Part shown: piece by piece, positions 1 through 12,432 of the stretch
Numbering within the stretch: position 1 is the stretch's first letter
How the letters are laid out: every line of letters starts with the position of its first letter
From: Scyliorhinus canicula
Lineage: Eukaryota
NCBI RefSeq assembly: GCF_902713615.1
Contig: NC_052149.1
Span: forward strand, 143,507,383-143,571,382
Reading direction: 5' to 3'
DNA length: 64,000 bases
The notes under the pieces: generated by a model
The model's database searches: none
Told to the model about the DNA's origin: nothing
The model's input: the letters and a program-made list of their open reading frames with translations, nothing else
Position numbers and translations under genes: made by a program

Positions 1-222
1 CCCCCCCCCCCCCCCTCTCTCACTCTCCCCCCCCCTCCCCCCCCTCCCCCCTCTCTCACTCTCCCCCCCCCCCCCCCCTCTCTCACTCCCCCCCCCTCCC
101 TCCCCCCCGCTCCACTCTCCCCCCCCCCCCCCCCCCTCTCTCACTCTCCCCCCCCCCCCCCCCCTCCCCCTCTCTCACTCTCCCCCCCCCCCCCCCCTCC
201 CCCCCTCTCTCACTCTCCACCC
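1..222. repeat. C-rich minisatellite, (C)n-TCTCTCACTCT units; G-rich on the LSM11 sense strand, at the start of intron 1
   Basis: About 7 imperfect units of poly-C plus tctctcactct are read directly in the sequence. Confidence 0.9.
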
Positions 223-243
223 TCCACGACTCGGATTACTCAC

Positions 244-688
244 GGGCCATCCTGGTCAGTACATTTTTTGGGGCCCGGTCCCTCCGGCGCGGCCTGGGCC
301 TCTCATCGCCGCTCGGCTCGGCCACCATCAGCTTCTTGAGGCGCTCGATCCTCTCGGGGTCGGGTGGTGGGCGAGCAGAAGCGGTGCGGCGGCCTCGGGC
401 CTTGCGTGAGGGGGCCGCGGTGTTGCGGTGACCGCTGCGGCCGCTCAGGAAGCTCTGGTACTCGGCCATGTTGTTGAAGGTGCGGACGTTAGGGAAAGGC
501 AGTGCTGGCTGGTGGTGGCTGTACAGAGCCAGGAACGGGTCAAAGTGGGGCGAGGTGACATCCAGCAGCCCATCATCTTCCTCCTCCTCTGGGCCAGCCT
601 CGGCCTCCTCCCGCCAGCCGCTCTCCGCCATCTCGGAGCCGCTGCGTCGCTCCCGCTGCCGGGATAGGGGACTTTCACAAGCCGCCAT
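244..688 (-). CDS. LSM11: U7 snRNP Sm-like protein LSm11, first coding exon (gene continues off the left end)
   Basis: Translation contains [47 protein letters not shown] and [10 protein letters not shown], matching the vertebrate LSM11 N-terminus. Phase-1 donor GTGAGT at 243-238. CpG-rich. Lies downstream of THG1L as in human. Alternative in-frame ATG at 631. Confidence 0.95.
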
Positions 689-722
689 CTTGGATCAGCG
701 CGCGCCGGGCATTGTGGGATTC
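681..722 (-). promoter_or_regulatory. LSM11 proximal promoter motifs: YY1 site over the ATG and a ZNF143/Staf-like site
   Basis: Minus strand reads CAAGATGGCGGC at 692-681 and ATCCCACAATGCC at 720-708; both motifs are typical of housekeeping CpG promoters. Confidence 0.55.
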
Positions 723-749
723 CTCTCCAGCCAATACCTGTCAAAAATT

Positions 750-1267
750 ACCTGCAAAGACTCGCATTCAAAGTATCGTCTTACAACTTTTGACTTTTTC
801 TGTATATGTTTCTGGAAGCTAGTGATTCGAAACACACCTGGTGGACTTTAACCTGGTGTTGTGAGACTTCTTACTGTGCTCACCCTAGTCCAACGCCCAC
901 CTGTCCACATCATGGCTACCATCGACACCACAAACCGCCCGCTCAAAGCGGAGAGGATCTCCAAGAAGATGGCGCATATAGACACTGACATTAAGTTTCT
1001 ACAAAGATGCAAGAAAGACAAGATCCCGAAAGGGCTACAGATCACAAACCCACTCAAGTCGACCTACAACATATACTACCGAGAGGCTCTGCCGTCGCAC
1101 CTCTCTCACACTCCTCAACCCCTGGTACACCAGCTCTACAGCAGACGCCGCAACCTGGAAACCAAGATAGAGTAACCTGTGGTTATCCCTCTCCAGTTGC
1201 TCCGTCTGTAAAGACTTAATAACCTGCAAAGACTCGCATTCAAAGTATCGTCTTGTATCTTTGACTT

Positions 1268-1299
<32 letters not shown>

Positions 1300-1421
1300 A
1301 TGTTTCTGGAACTGTACTCCAGAAGCTAGTGATTCGAAACAAACCTGTTGGACTTTAACCTGGTGTTGTAAGACTTCTTACTGTGCTCACCCCAATCCAA
1401 CGCCTGCATTTCCACATCATG
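750..1421 (+). mobile_element. Internally deleted Penelope-like retroelement with two direct terminal repeats (pLTR-like)
   Basis: Direct repeats at about 750-914 and 1222-1421 (acctgcaaagactcgcattcaaagtatcgtctt...ccacatcatg). An ORF stub from ATG 912 reads MATIDTT...IDTDIKFLQRCKKDKIPKGLQITNPL, resembling the Penelope N-terminus. Possible degenerate TSD tgtcaaaaa/tgtcagaaa. Confidence 0.7.
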
Positions 1422-1473
1422 TCAGAAAGACATGACAACTGTACAGCACGTGGCTGAGACTACACCTGGAGTA

Positions 1474-1825
1474 CATAGAACATAGAACATAGAACAGTAC
1501 AGCACAGAACAGGCCCTTCGGCCCTCAATGTTGTGCCGAGCCATGATCACCCTACTCAAACCCACGTATCCACCCTATACCCGTCACCGAACAACCCCCC
1601 TTAACCTTACTTTTATTAGTACACTACGGGCAATTTAGCATGGCCAATCCACCTAACCCGCACATCTTTGGACTGTGGGAGGAAACCGGAGCACCCGGAG
1701 GAAACCCACGCACACAGGGGGAGGACGTGCAGACTCCACACAGACAGTGACCCAGCCGGGAATCGAACCTGGGACCCTGGAGCTGTGAAGCATTTATGCT
1801 AACCACCATGCTACACTGCTGCCCC
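1474..1825 (-). mobile_element. HE1/V-SINE (tRNA-derived), young subfamily with CR1-type (TTCTATG)n tail
   Basis: tRNA-like A/B box head and V-core gtgggtttcctccgggtgctccggtttcctcccacagtccaaagatgtg; near-identical to copies at 4532, 30137 and 36741. Confidence 0.9.
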
Positions 1826-2192
1826 AACTGCGCACCCTTTTAGTCTCCAGAATTCTCTGCTCTACAAAGTTGTGGACGCTGGGTCATTGAATATAGTCGA
1901 GGCTAAGCTCGACAGTTTAGATCTTCAGGAGTCAAGAGGGACGAGGCGCACACAGGAAATTGGAGCTAAGACCATGATCAGAGAAGCCACAATCTTATTG
2001 AATATCTTGAGGAGCCATTGTTTTATTTTATTTCCCATTTTTAAAAGTTTCACCCTAGTTTTTAAATCCCTCCATGGCCTCACATCTCCCCATTTCTAAT
2101 CTCTTATCAGCTTTACAGTTGTCAGTGATCTGTGCTATCATTCCCAATTTCCTTTGCAGCAACATTGGTAACTGTGCCTGCACTTTCTAGAT

Positions 2193-3031
<839 letters not shown>

Positions 3032-3602
3032 TCTTGACCTTAAAATCTGGAATTCCCTCACTAAGCCCCACCAGCTCTTCTTTGAGATGCTCTTAAAAAA
3101 CTTCCTTTTTAAACTTGACGCTTACCTAATGTTAGCTTATTAGGCTCAGTGTTGTTATGTTTGGATCCCCCCCCCCCCTCCCCTCCGTGAAGCAGTTTAG
3201 ATTGTTTTACAATATGAAAACTCTATATAAATAGAAGTTGTAGTCACTGTTAATCACAAGCATCAAAGGTAATAATTTGACCCATATATCATCCATGTGG
3301 ATGCAGACCAACATATACGACAGCATCCAGCCAGCCCGCACAAAGTCATTTGCCTCCACTCTCTGTCTTGACATTTCTCTCAGATATTCATGACTACAAA
3401 GAAAACAATGTATAGCTAAAAAATAGGTTGGTTAAAAATGTTCCACAAATTTGCACAATGGTCTACAAAGCAAGTCAGCTTGACTTTACAGCTAAGTATG
3501 TATACGGTGCATAAATAATTAAACAAGTTGACAAAGTACAATGTCAAACAATTCCAACTAACACAACTCATTAGGGGAAGATATTTTAAAAAGTTGCCAA
3601 CA

Positions 3603-3608
3603 TTTAAT
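3603..3608 (-). terminator. Candidate THG1L polyadenylation signal (ATTAAA)
   Basis: ATTAAA on the minus strand about 480 nt past the stop codon, in an AT-rich 3' UTR followed by T-rich sequence. Confidence 0.3.
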
Positions 3609-4091
3609 AAATTAGAAATGATTAACCTGAATTTGAGACCTCAATTACAGCCATAATATTACATTTCTTCATTCAAAGACATTTATCAAAAGCACAATGT
3701 TAAAAAATTAAAAAGCTATACATAAATTCAACTTTAAATGGGGCACCAGCTCAAATTTTACAGTCTCTTCCAAAATAGTTCCGTGCTAGCACGGAATGAT
3801 GGTTGGCCTCAGCATTCTTTGGTCAGGGAGACGAGGAAAGAAAAAAATCCAAAGGATTCTTGTTCCTGCCTGTTATCCAGTGAACTCCAACAGAAGGTAC
3901 ACCCATGTATCATGGAACCAGACGGGGAGTTTGGCTTGACCATGATGTAACATCCCTCCATCCCTGGTATATAAAACTCAAAGTCAAAAATAACCACCTG
4001 AAAAAGATAGCATGAGCACCACCAGTACTTGTTGGTCTGTAATCCGGCACAGCACCAACAAGAGCTGAAAAGTAAAGCAAAAGTCTTTTGC

Positions 4092-4250
4092 TTAGCTGTC
4101 ATCAAGAATCCGTGAATGCTCCTCCCAGAACTTATCTCCAATGATGTCCATATGAAATGGGAGTAGTTTGTTGCGAGTTCTTTTAACCACAACATTTTTC
4201 CCTTCTGGTGCATCCGGAGTTGTGATCCTTTTATCAATAGTTTCTTCAAC
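4092..4250 (-). CDS. THG1L: tRNA(His) guanylyltransferase 1-like, last coding exon (159 nt)
   Basis: Acceptor tttaag|GTT; reads VEETIDKR...PFHMDIIGDKFWEEHSRILDDS*, with the conserved H-x-DIIGD-x-FW C-terminus. Confidence 0.95.
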   Translation of the reverse strand, partial: VEETIDKRITTPDAPEGKNVVVKRTRNKLLPFHMDIIGDKFWEEHSRILDDS

Positions 4251-4531
4251 CTTAAATGGGATAAAAAAGTTCAAAATGAGATCTCACCATTAAATTCATA
4301 GGATTAGTAAATTTTGATCTTTATTTCACATGGCTTTAGGAGTTTAATAACCACAATCTGATCAAGATAAATCTCACTCCAAATGCACATTAAAACATAA
4401 CATTGAGGTACAAAAGACATTCAGACCCAATAATATTGTTCTATTCAAAGATCAACTTCATATCTTCCTCACTCAACACTCTCCAGAAGATCATCAAATT
4501 GTCCCCTGAAACCATTTAAACTATCCACTTT

Positions 4532-4852
4532 ACATAGAACATAGAACAGTACAGCACAGAACAGGCCCTTCGGCCCTCGATGTTGTGCCGAGCAATGATC
4601 ACCCTACTTAAACCCACATACCCGTAACCCAACAATCCCCCCATTAACCTTACACTACGGGCAATTAAGCATGGCCAATCCACCTAACCCGCACATCTTT
4701 GGACTGTGGGAGGAAACCGGAGCACCCGGAGGAAACCCACGCACACACGGGGAGGACGCGCAGACTCCACACAGACAGTGACCCAGCCGGGAATCGAACC
4801 TGGGACCCTGGAGCTGTGAAGCATTGATGCTAACCACCATGCTACCGTGAGG
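4532..4852 (-). mobile_element. HE1/V-SINE, young subfamily with CR1-type tail
   Basis: Near-identical to 1474-1825. Confidence 0.9.
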
Positions 4853-4947
4853 CCCTCCAGCAGATGGGGTGCTGCTCCTAGTGTTTGTTTTGGGTTTCAC
4901 TGGAGCATTGCCAAGGACAGGCATGTAGGTGATAAAGCAAGAAAATC

Positions 4948-5181
4948 CCCCCATCGCCACACTCCTGCGCCTGTTCGGGTACACAGAGGGAGAATTCAGA
5001 ATGTCAGATTCACCTAACAAGCATGTCTTTCAGGGCATGTGGGAGGAAACAGGAGCATCTGGAGGAAACCCATGCAGACATGGAGAGAACGTGCAGACTC
5101 CGCACAGACAGTGACCCAAGCTGGGAATCAAACCTGGGTCAGTGAAGCAACAGTGCTAACCACTGTGCTATTGTGCCACCC
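4948..5181 (-). mobile_element. V-SINE, alternative-tail subfamily (3' truncated)
   Basis: V-core followed by gaattctccctctgtgtacccgaacaggcg, shared with copies at 9460, 19200 and 57610. Confidence 0.8.
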
Positions 5182-5541
5182 AACAAGCAGCAGTTAGGCA
5201 TAGCACTTAGGGCGAAGGGGATCAAAGGATATGGGGGAACATGGGATTAGGCTATTGAGTTGCGATGATCAGCCATGATCATGTGAATGACGGAGCGGGC
5301 TTAAATGGCCTTCTCCTGCTCCTATTTTTTTCTATGTTTTCATATTTTCCTATGATGCGTCCTCCCTCCATTAGCTTTGATCTTGGCTCCGGGTGAGGGG
5401 AACACAAGGAGGGAGCTACTGAGGCAGCTGAGTAGGATAGCCTCGAACTAGCAATGAAATACTGCTGTGCGTAAATCCTGGACATCCAATGTGGTTGGTA
5501 TATTAGCAACAAAATATGTTAGCTATACGATAACATCTCAC

Positions 5542-5649
5542 CTTATGCCATATCAGCACAGTTCCTTTTCTATAGATTTCCGGTTCGTTATTGTAGTTGA
5601 TATTGAACTCCAGAAATAAAATGTCATTTTTTTCTCCGGCAAGAGTCCC
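5542..5649 (-). CDS. THG1L: THG1L coding exon 5 (108 nt)
   Basis: cacag|GGG ... AAG|gtgaga; reads [36 protein letters not shown]. Confidence 0.95.
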
Positions 5650-6699
5650 CTGTGCCAAAAGTTAAAACAAAATACATCATTCAGCAAATCGCTCCAAGTT
5701 ACAATTTTTTAAAAAGCCATTCTTAAAGTGGCAAGCACAGCACAAGATCTGCAGACACTAATGGATAGAATGAAATGGGGAAAGGAGACAAAAGTGCTGA
5801 GGTTTGGAAGAAATAATGACAGGAAAGTCAAGGTCAACAGCTGGAATAGCTATTGCAATTTAAGTAGCTGGGAAACATCTGATCAGAAGGTAGTTACTAC
5901 CAGAAAGAAGCCAGAGCTGGAATAGCAATGCCAAATAATACATTTTCCAAATATAAAGAATTTTTCTGCAGAAGAATGAGCAGTGAGCTCAAGAGGAGAG
6001 CTACCAGGACTGTGACCGTGGCTGAACTGATCATGGCCTCAGCTCCAATTTCTTGTCTTTCCCTCAAACTTTCGACTCCCCTGAAGATCAAAAATTTCTC
6101 TAACTCAGCCTTGAATATATTCAATGACGGTGTCTTGTTGTACTGGGCTGAAATACGGATCTTGAGAAAAGACAGCTAAAGACCAGAAAGTTGTGAAATG
6201 TGGTTCTGAAGAAGGATGGAGTGGGTCAGAGGGGAAAAAATATAAGGACAACAAAGAAGTTCTCAGGATGGTGGAGGAAGAACAATCATTAGGGAATAGC
6301 ATCAAGAAAATGCAACAAGGTTGGGTGGGCCATTTTCTAACACGAGAACCTGCTGAAGAGGAAGATTGAAGGAAAATTAAAGGGGCGTAGACCAAATGGG
6401 AGAAAGAAAATTATGTTGGACAACTTGAATTTGAAAGCTGGAAGATTCCTTTAAACAACTGAAAAAGGAAGTGTAAGATCATGAGTTATGGAGAAATGAG
6501 CAGAGTGATTGCCCTGAGGCCAATCACTAGCATTGGTTCTTAAAATTTAAACACTTGCATTCGTATTGAATGAATGTTATACACCCCTCAAATCAATTTG
6601 GCACAAGAGTTACTTTGAATTGCAAGGATTTGTACTGGCAAATTTGCAGTTATTTTGTACACAAAGATCCTAGAAACAGCAAACCTATTCTTGGTGGTG

Positions 6700-6955
6700 C
6701 TGACTAGGACACATGAACAGCACTCTGTCATTCTCTAAATAATACCATGGATACTCTACTCTCAACTTAAACAAGCAGATAAGACATTAGTTTAATATCT
6801 CACCTGAAGGACTGCACCTCCGGCAGTGCAGCACTCCCTCAGTACTTCACTGAAGTATCAGCCTAGATTGTTACCTTGGGTTTTGATGAGGGCATGAATT
6901 CACAACCTGCCAACTGAGTTGACAGTGCCATCAAATTAACCAAAGTGACATCAAT
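6700..6955 (-). mobile_element. Ancient Deu-domain SINE (SacSINE1/AmnSINE-like) remnant
   Basis: Minus strand reads gtactgagggagtgctgcactgccggaggtgcagtccttcaggtgagatattaaac, resembling the Deu-domain core as I recall it. Weaker copies near 16100-16370 and 25870-26100. Confidence 0.55.
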
Positions 6956-8011
6956 TCCTGACCCAAGAGAGCCAGCTATCAATGCAGGAAAGATCCAAAA
7001 GCGAACTGTATTGTGCCAAGTTTTCGTCCTCCAAAGGCCTTTAATTTAAAGTACCTCTTTCCCATAGAGGTACTACAGCTGTCAGCAGTAGCCTTCAGCA
7101 ATGAATGTGAAAAAGTAAACATTATGTCTAAGAGTCCTGATCATTAAGTAGCAACTTCTGCTGGAAGTGCACTTATATAGATACTAATGTGAAAACAATT
7201 GGACTTCACTCCGAGGTCCTCCACAATCAGGTGGTCTGTTATCTCTGCAAGCAAGACACATTTGGTGTGGCTTGATAGGACAATTTTTACTTCAGTACAA
7301 GCATGTAGACTCAGGAGAGGGATCCACCTGATCATTAATCTTTATTTATCAAATTATTACAAGTGCTGCTTATATCGGGTTTATTAGTTAGGTACATTTA
7401 AACTCTCAAACAACTGGTTCCTCATTGTGAACTAAGCTTTCCAACCTCTTATGGTAGCCCCTCCTTAAGAAGATTTAGGGTCCCAATAGTTTTCCAGTGC
7501 ATCTATCATATAGGTTAGCATAGGTTAGTTTGTGATGTTAATGCCTAAGGGTGCTGGCAGTCAAGTAGACAACGTTCCCCACCTCATGCACGTGCACAGC
7601 AGCTCAATCTGTTCATTATCCTGCAAATATTTCACATTCTTGAGCAGTTAGGCCACCCATAAAGGTTACCATTTCCAATCTCTCCAAACTGTTAGCACTT
7701 GAGGATGTGCTCATCCTGGAATTATCAACTCAGCAGACATGCTAATACCCGATGTGCCCTCCCACTTTGCCAACATTATACTGCCTGCTTTTTATTCTAC
7801 GCTTAAACCTGTTAACCCTATAATCACCATTATTCACTATTCCTAGCATTTTACAAACCGAAAACTGATTAAGGGATATATTCCCAACAGCTTGATACCC
7901 CACATTAGAAGATAGGAAGAGAAAATGAGTGAGGAAAAAGACACCCATGCACACATACATTAAGCCATCCCAGTCCTAACCCATACAGAATAGCAAGTCA
8001 GAATTCTGTAC

Positions 8012-8100
8012 CTTTAATTTCTCTTCAGCTTCGCTATTGGATAAGCCACCTTGCTGCACCAGTGCCCAAAAGGTTGTGTTGTAAAGGTTATTAATATGAC
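8012..8100 (-). CDS. THG1L: THG1L coding exon 4 (89 nt)
   Basis: aatag|GT ... AAG|gtacag; reads (C)HINNLYNTTFWALVQQGGLSNSEAEEKLK, with the HINNLYN Thg1 motif. Confidence 0.97.
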
Positions 8101-8374
8101 CTATTGACAGAAAACTACTGTTAGTGCATTTAAAAGCAGGATATTCTGAATAATTGATTTCAATACAAATCCACATGGATGTATACAATGGCCCAGAAGG
8201 TGACAGAATTCATGCACTTTGAACAGAAAAAGTACAACCCATCTTATGGCACAAAGCAGTCACTAATCTTTCAACTGGAAGGACATTTGGAAGAGGGTTG
8301 GAATTTTCATATTATGTTCACTTGAAACAGGAAAAAGACAAAATTATCCAGTCAACTGGATAATTTGGTTCACT

Positions 8375-8835
8375 AGATTGATTCCAGAGATATTGCATTT
8401 GTCTTATGAAGAGAGATTGCGCAGTTTAGGCCTATACTCTCTCTGGTTTAGAAGAATGAGAATAGATCTAATTGAAGTATCTAAGATGATAAAAGGTATT
8501 GACAAAGTAGACGTAGAGTGGATGCTTTATCTTGTGGGGAAATCTAGAACAAGAGGTCATAGTTTTAGGATAAGGTGTAACAGATTTAAAACACAGGAGG
8601 AGAAATTCCTTTTCTCAAAGGGTCGTGAATCTGTGGAATTCACTACCCCAGAGTGTGGTGGATACCAGGACATTTGAGTAAATTTGGGACAGATTATTAA
8701 TTAGTAATGGGTTGAAGGGTTATGGAGGACGGGCAGGAAAGTAGAGTTGAATCCGAGATAAGCTAGGCATGATCGTACTGAAGGGCTGAGCAGGCTCGAG
8801 AGGCTGAATTGCCCCTAATTCATGTGTTATGTTCT
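8375..8835 (+). mobile_element. CR1 LINE 3' fragment
   Basis: LSYEERLRSLGLYSL..RRMRIDLIEVSKMIKGIDKVD...RTRGHSFRI, followed by a CR1 3' UTR. Confidence 0.85.
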
Positions 8836-9216
8836 TTGAGTCACTGACCACGATAGTGCCCCAGACAACGCTGAGGTACCTTGTGTCAGCTGCGGCAACA
8901 GCTGCATGTCAGGTCACTGGCTTTGGGAAGAGATTAGCCTGGACTGCAAGTACTATAGCTGAAACAGTAGAAAGTGCATCCAAGTGATCACAGACACTCT
9001 ATCAGACTTTAGTACACAAACGCACATGGACGCATATATCCGCTGCAATGATCCCATCCCATTTTAGTGATGAGCAAGCACTCATGAAGGTTCATGTGAG
9101 CAATGGCCACTAGGCTGAGGTATCAGTGTCAAAATCCTGTATCAGGGCAAAGAGGCAAAGCCTTTAAATGGTGTTTAAAGTAGCAAATAAGAAAACAATC
9201 CAGTTAAGTTCCTCAC

Positions 9217-9386
9217 AATCTGCCTGCCTCCAGCTTAGGTAGTCTCGCAGGTTCTGGTTGCTAGGATACAGAACAACTCTTCCATCAAATCCAGGTGGAA
9301 ATAAGAGGGCCTGATCTTTAAAGTAATCTTGCCAGTAGAAAACAAAGCTGGAAGAAAACTGGGACACCACATGGCTTATGAATTTG
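9217..9386 (-). CDS. THG1L: THG1L coding exon 3 (170 nt)
   Basis: caacag|C ... GAT T|gtgagg; reads (S)[22 protein letters not shown]...[27 protein letters not shown]. Confidence 0.97.
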
Positions 9387-9459
9387 CTGTTGGGAGAAAA
9401 AAAAAGGATTTGTCAATCTCATAGAAAATGAAGTTCCAGTTATCTCGTTACCTGTTCCA

Positions 9460-9740
9460 TATTAATAATCTTTATTAGAGTCACAAGTAGGCTTACATTA
9501 ACACTGCAATTAAGTCACTGTGAAAATCCCCTAGTCACCACACTACTGTACACTGAGGGAGAATTCAGAGAATGTCCAATTCACCTAACAAGCACGTCTT
9601 TTGGGACTTGTGGGTGGAAACCGAAGTGCCCCGGAGGAAACCCACGCGGACACGGGGAGAACGTGCAGACTCTGCACAGAGAGTGATCCAAGCCGGGAAT
9701 CGAACCCGGGTCCCTGGCGCTGTGAAACATTGGTTCTGAG
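9460..9740 (-). mobile_element. V-SINE with a tail ending cctacttgtgac..taataaagattatt
   Basis: B box, V-core and (ATT)n-type tail. Confidence 0.85.
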
Positions 9741-10736
9741 AAAAGATTTGTCCTTTGGCTCCATCGGCAAGCATGCAACCCCAGTGGTATTTTATGGTTA
9801 GAAAGTGGGACTTACCACAACATGGAGAGTGAGGCAAATGGCATAGAGTAATTTAGATAAGTACATGAGGAAGCAATGAATAAGAGGACATGCAGATAGG
9901 TTGGATGAAATAAAATGGGAGAAGACAAACACCAGCATAGAACCAGTTAGGCCAAATACCACTTCTTGTGCTGTAAGTTCTATGTATTTATGTTAGGTAG
10001 ACCCAATGCTTGATCCTGGCTTATGTTGATTTAGCTCCTCTAAATCAGGGCATTTAATTGGTGGGTTCTTTTCTCTGGCAGATCAGAGGATAAATAATGG
10101 TCTATGCTAAAGAAGCAGTGTAGCTGCCTACCAACATTCTGTCTCAGATAATATTGAAGAACAGTCTCTTGAGAAAGATGTGCTGTCACTGAACCCCAGC
10201 AGCAATCCAGGAGCTGATTGCAGTAACAAAAAACATTAGCCAACTCCGGAAGTAATATTTCTCCCACCACCAAACGGACAAGCCTCTCCCATTTAACCCT
10301 TCAGCATAAACAATAGTTAATACAGTGGAATATGATAAGCAGATTGTATCTCTCAGTGTCTCTCAAGCCTTCACAGAAAGGAGACACCCATCAGCACATC
10401 ATCTGTATGCCAGCTCTCTGCGGAGTGTCATTCTGGTGATGATGCCAGGGCTAAATGGGTATGGAGGACAGATTGGATAGGAACATAGGATTTAGGAGCA
10501 AGAGGAGACCATACAGCCCTTCAAGCCTGCTCCACCATTCAATGAGATCATGGCTGATCTGGTTGTGGTCTCAACTCCACTTTGCTATCTGTACCCATAA
10601 CCATAGACTCCCTTGTCTATCAAAAATCTGTCTAACTCAGCTTTGAATAACCTCAATGACCCACTTTCCATTGTTTTGAGGAGACCAGACTATCGAGAAA
10701 AAAAATTCTAATCTTCGTCTGAAAAGTGTTTGAAAA

Positions 10737-12273
10737 TGTTATTCTAATATTTTCTGCATATTTTGTTGGTTTGTGGAAATGCTGTGTGCGCCTTTGTGTT
10801 ACTAATTTAATTAAGCGAAGGACTGAGCATCTATGGCATTTATACTAAAAGGGGCTAGGTGTGAAAATCAGGCATTTGAAGTGCATCGAGCTAAGTTGGA
10901 TGTACTCCAAGCAAACACAACAAAGGCAGAAATGTGCATTTGGAAATAAGTGAGGATTTGGATTTTTAGCTGGTGAATTTCAAAGGGAGGCAAGAAGAAG
11001 TTGACAACTTAAGGAAAGGCCATAAGTAAACTTGGGAAAGCCTATTAAGTTTTATTTGACCCAATGATGGGGGCAACAGAGAATATGGTTACGTTCAGAG
11101 TGATGTCGTGAGCAATAGTTTTAAAGATAAAGTTGTTAAGATAAAATAGGAAAAAAATGTTAAAGGAAAGGCTGGGGGAGTGGCCATGTAAGACCTTGGA
11201 GAGTGTGCTGGAACAGATCGGTGATGAGGTACTGGCTGTTGTTTTCAGACAGAAGGGTTTCGGAAGCTTTTGGAATTCTCCACAGCAAAGTGAGAGAAAA
11301 ACTGAGAGATATATCTTCCCTATTGCAACAGTGGGTGCATGTGGTAATACAGTAGTCCCCCGTTATACCGCGGTTCGCGATATACAGCTTATGGACCCCA
11401 ACTGTCAGCTTCCCTCTCCGGATTAAAGTGAGCCGGCCGCTGAAATTGAAACTGCCGGCTGAAATTGACACTGCCGGCTGCTCCTCTCTCACTGAGATTC
11501 AGTGAGAGAGGAGCAGCTCACACAGCCTTGCCTTTGAAACTGACATGCAGCGCAGGGTGCAAGCGCGTGCGGCAGATGGGGTGCAGACAGGGGGGGCGGG
11601 GGGAGAGGTCAGACCCCCGTAGACTCACAATGGGAAGCGCATGCATAGATTTTTTAATAAATTTAAAACCCCCATCGTGGATCTAATTAAAACAACCCAC
11701 AGAAACTTACCAGGAACTTACAAGGTCTTGCTGTCTGCACCCCATCTGCCGCACGCGCTTGCACCCTGCGCTGCATGTCAGTTTCAAAGGCAAGGCTGTG
11801 TGAGCCGCCCCCCGTAGACTCACAATGGGAAGCGCATGCATAGATTTTAAAATAAATTTAAAACCCCCATCGTGGATATCCGCAGCTCGGATGCAACGCG
11901 GGTGGCTGTCTTGGACCCCAACACCCGCGTTATAAAGGGGGACTACTGTATTACTGACATTTTAATAGATTAAATATCTATTGGGACTGTTGCCTACATG
12001 GGTGCCTATTTTGTGAGCCTAACCAAGTAGAAATATTATTGGGGGGGGGGGGGGGGGGATGTTCTGCGAGACTAATTTTTAGCTGTATAATGTAATCTTT
12101 TTGTGTGTTTAAGTTTCCTTTAGTTAATAAATGTTTTAATTCAATATTTAAAATCTCCAAATCTATTATTGGAATTTGTGGCTCCTGACTTCAGTACATG
12201 CATTTTCTCGCTGTAAAATTGTTGCAATAGCTTGTAAAGTTTCCCTTTGGGATTTGTTTAGCCTGCAATTACA
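10737..12273 (+). mobile_element. Probable solo LTR (TGTTA...TTACA) interrupting a minus-strand CR1 fragment and carrying a MITE
   Basis: TG..CA termini and AATAAA near 12126. CR1 3' sequence lies at about 10480-10730 and resumes at about 12433. No TSD seen. Confidence 0.5.
11350..11948. mobile_element. Non-autonomous Tc1/mariner (Tigger/pogo-like) MITE
   Basis: TA|CAGTAGTCCCCCGTTATACCGCGG ... CCGCGTTATAAAGGGGGACTACTG|TA: 24-bp TIRs with 2 mismatches and a TA TSD. Confidence 0.9.
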
Positions 12274-12286
12274 CCTTCCATATCAT

Positions 12287-12417
12287 TTTTAAAAATAAAT
12301 TGAGAGTACCCAATTCCCCCCCCCCCCCCCCCCCCCCCCCCCCATCCCCAATTAAGGGACAATTTAGCGTGGCCAATCCACCTACCCTGCAAATCTTTGG
12401 GTTGTGGGGGTGAAAAC
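12287..12417 (-). mobile_element. 5'-truncated V-SINE with A-rich tail and 15-bp TSD
   Basis: TSD caccttccat(a/g)tcat at 12272-12286 and 12418-12432. Confidence 0.85.
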
Positions 12418-12432
12418 CACCTTCCATGTCAT

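Noticed and set aside
236-243. LSM11 ORF ending in ...MARE*
   Set aside because: Read-through into intron 1; the exon ends at 244 at a GTGAGT donor.
3809-4249. 146-aa ORF overlapping the THG1L last exon and 3' UTR
   Set aside because: Alternative frame with no recognisable motif; the splice phase selects the VEETID frame.
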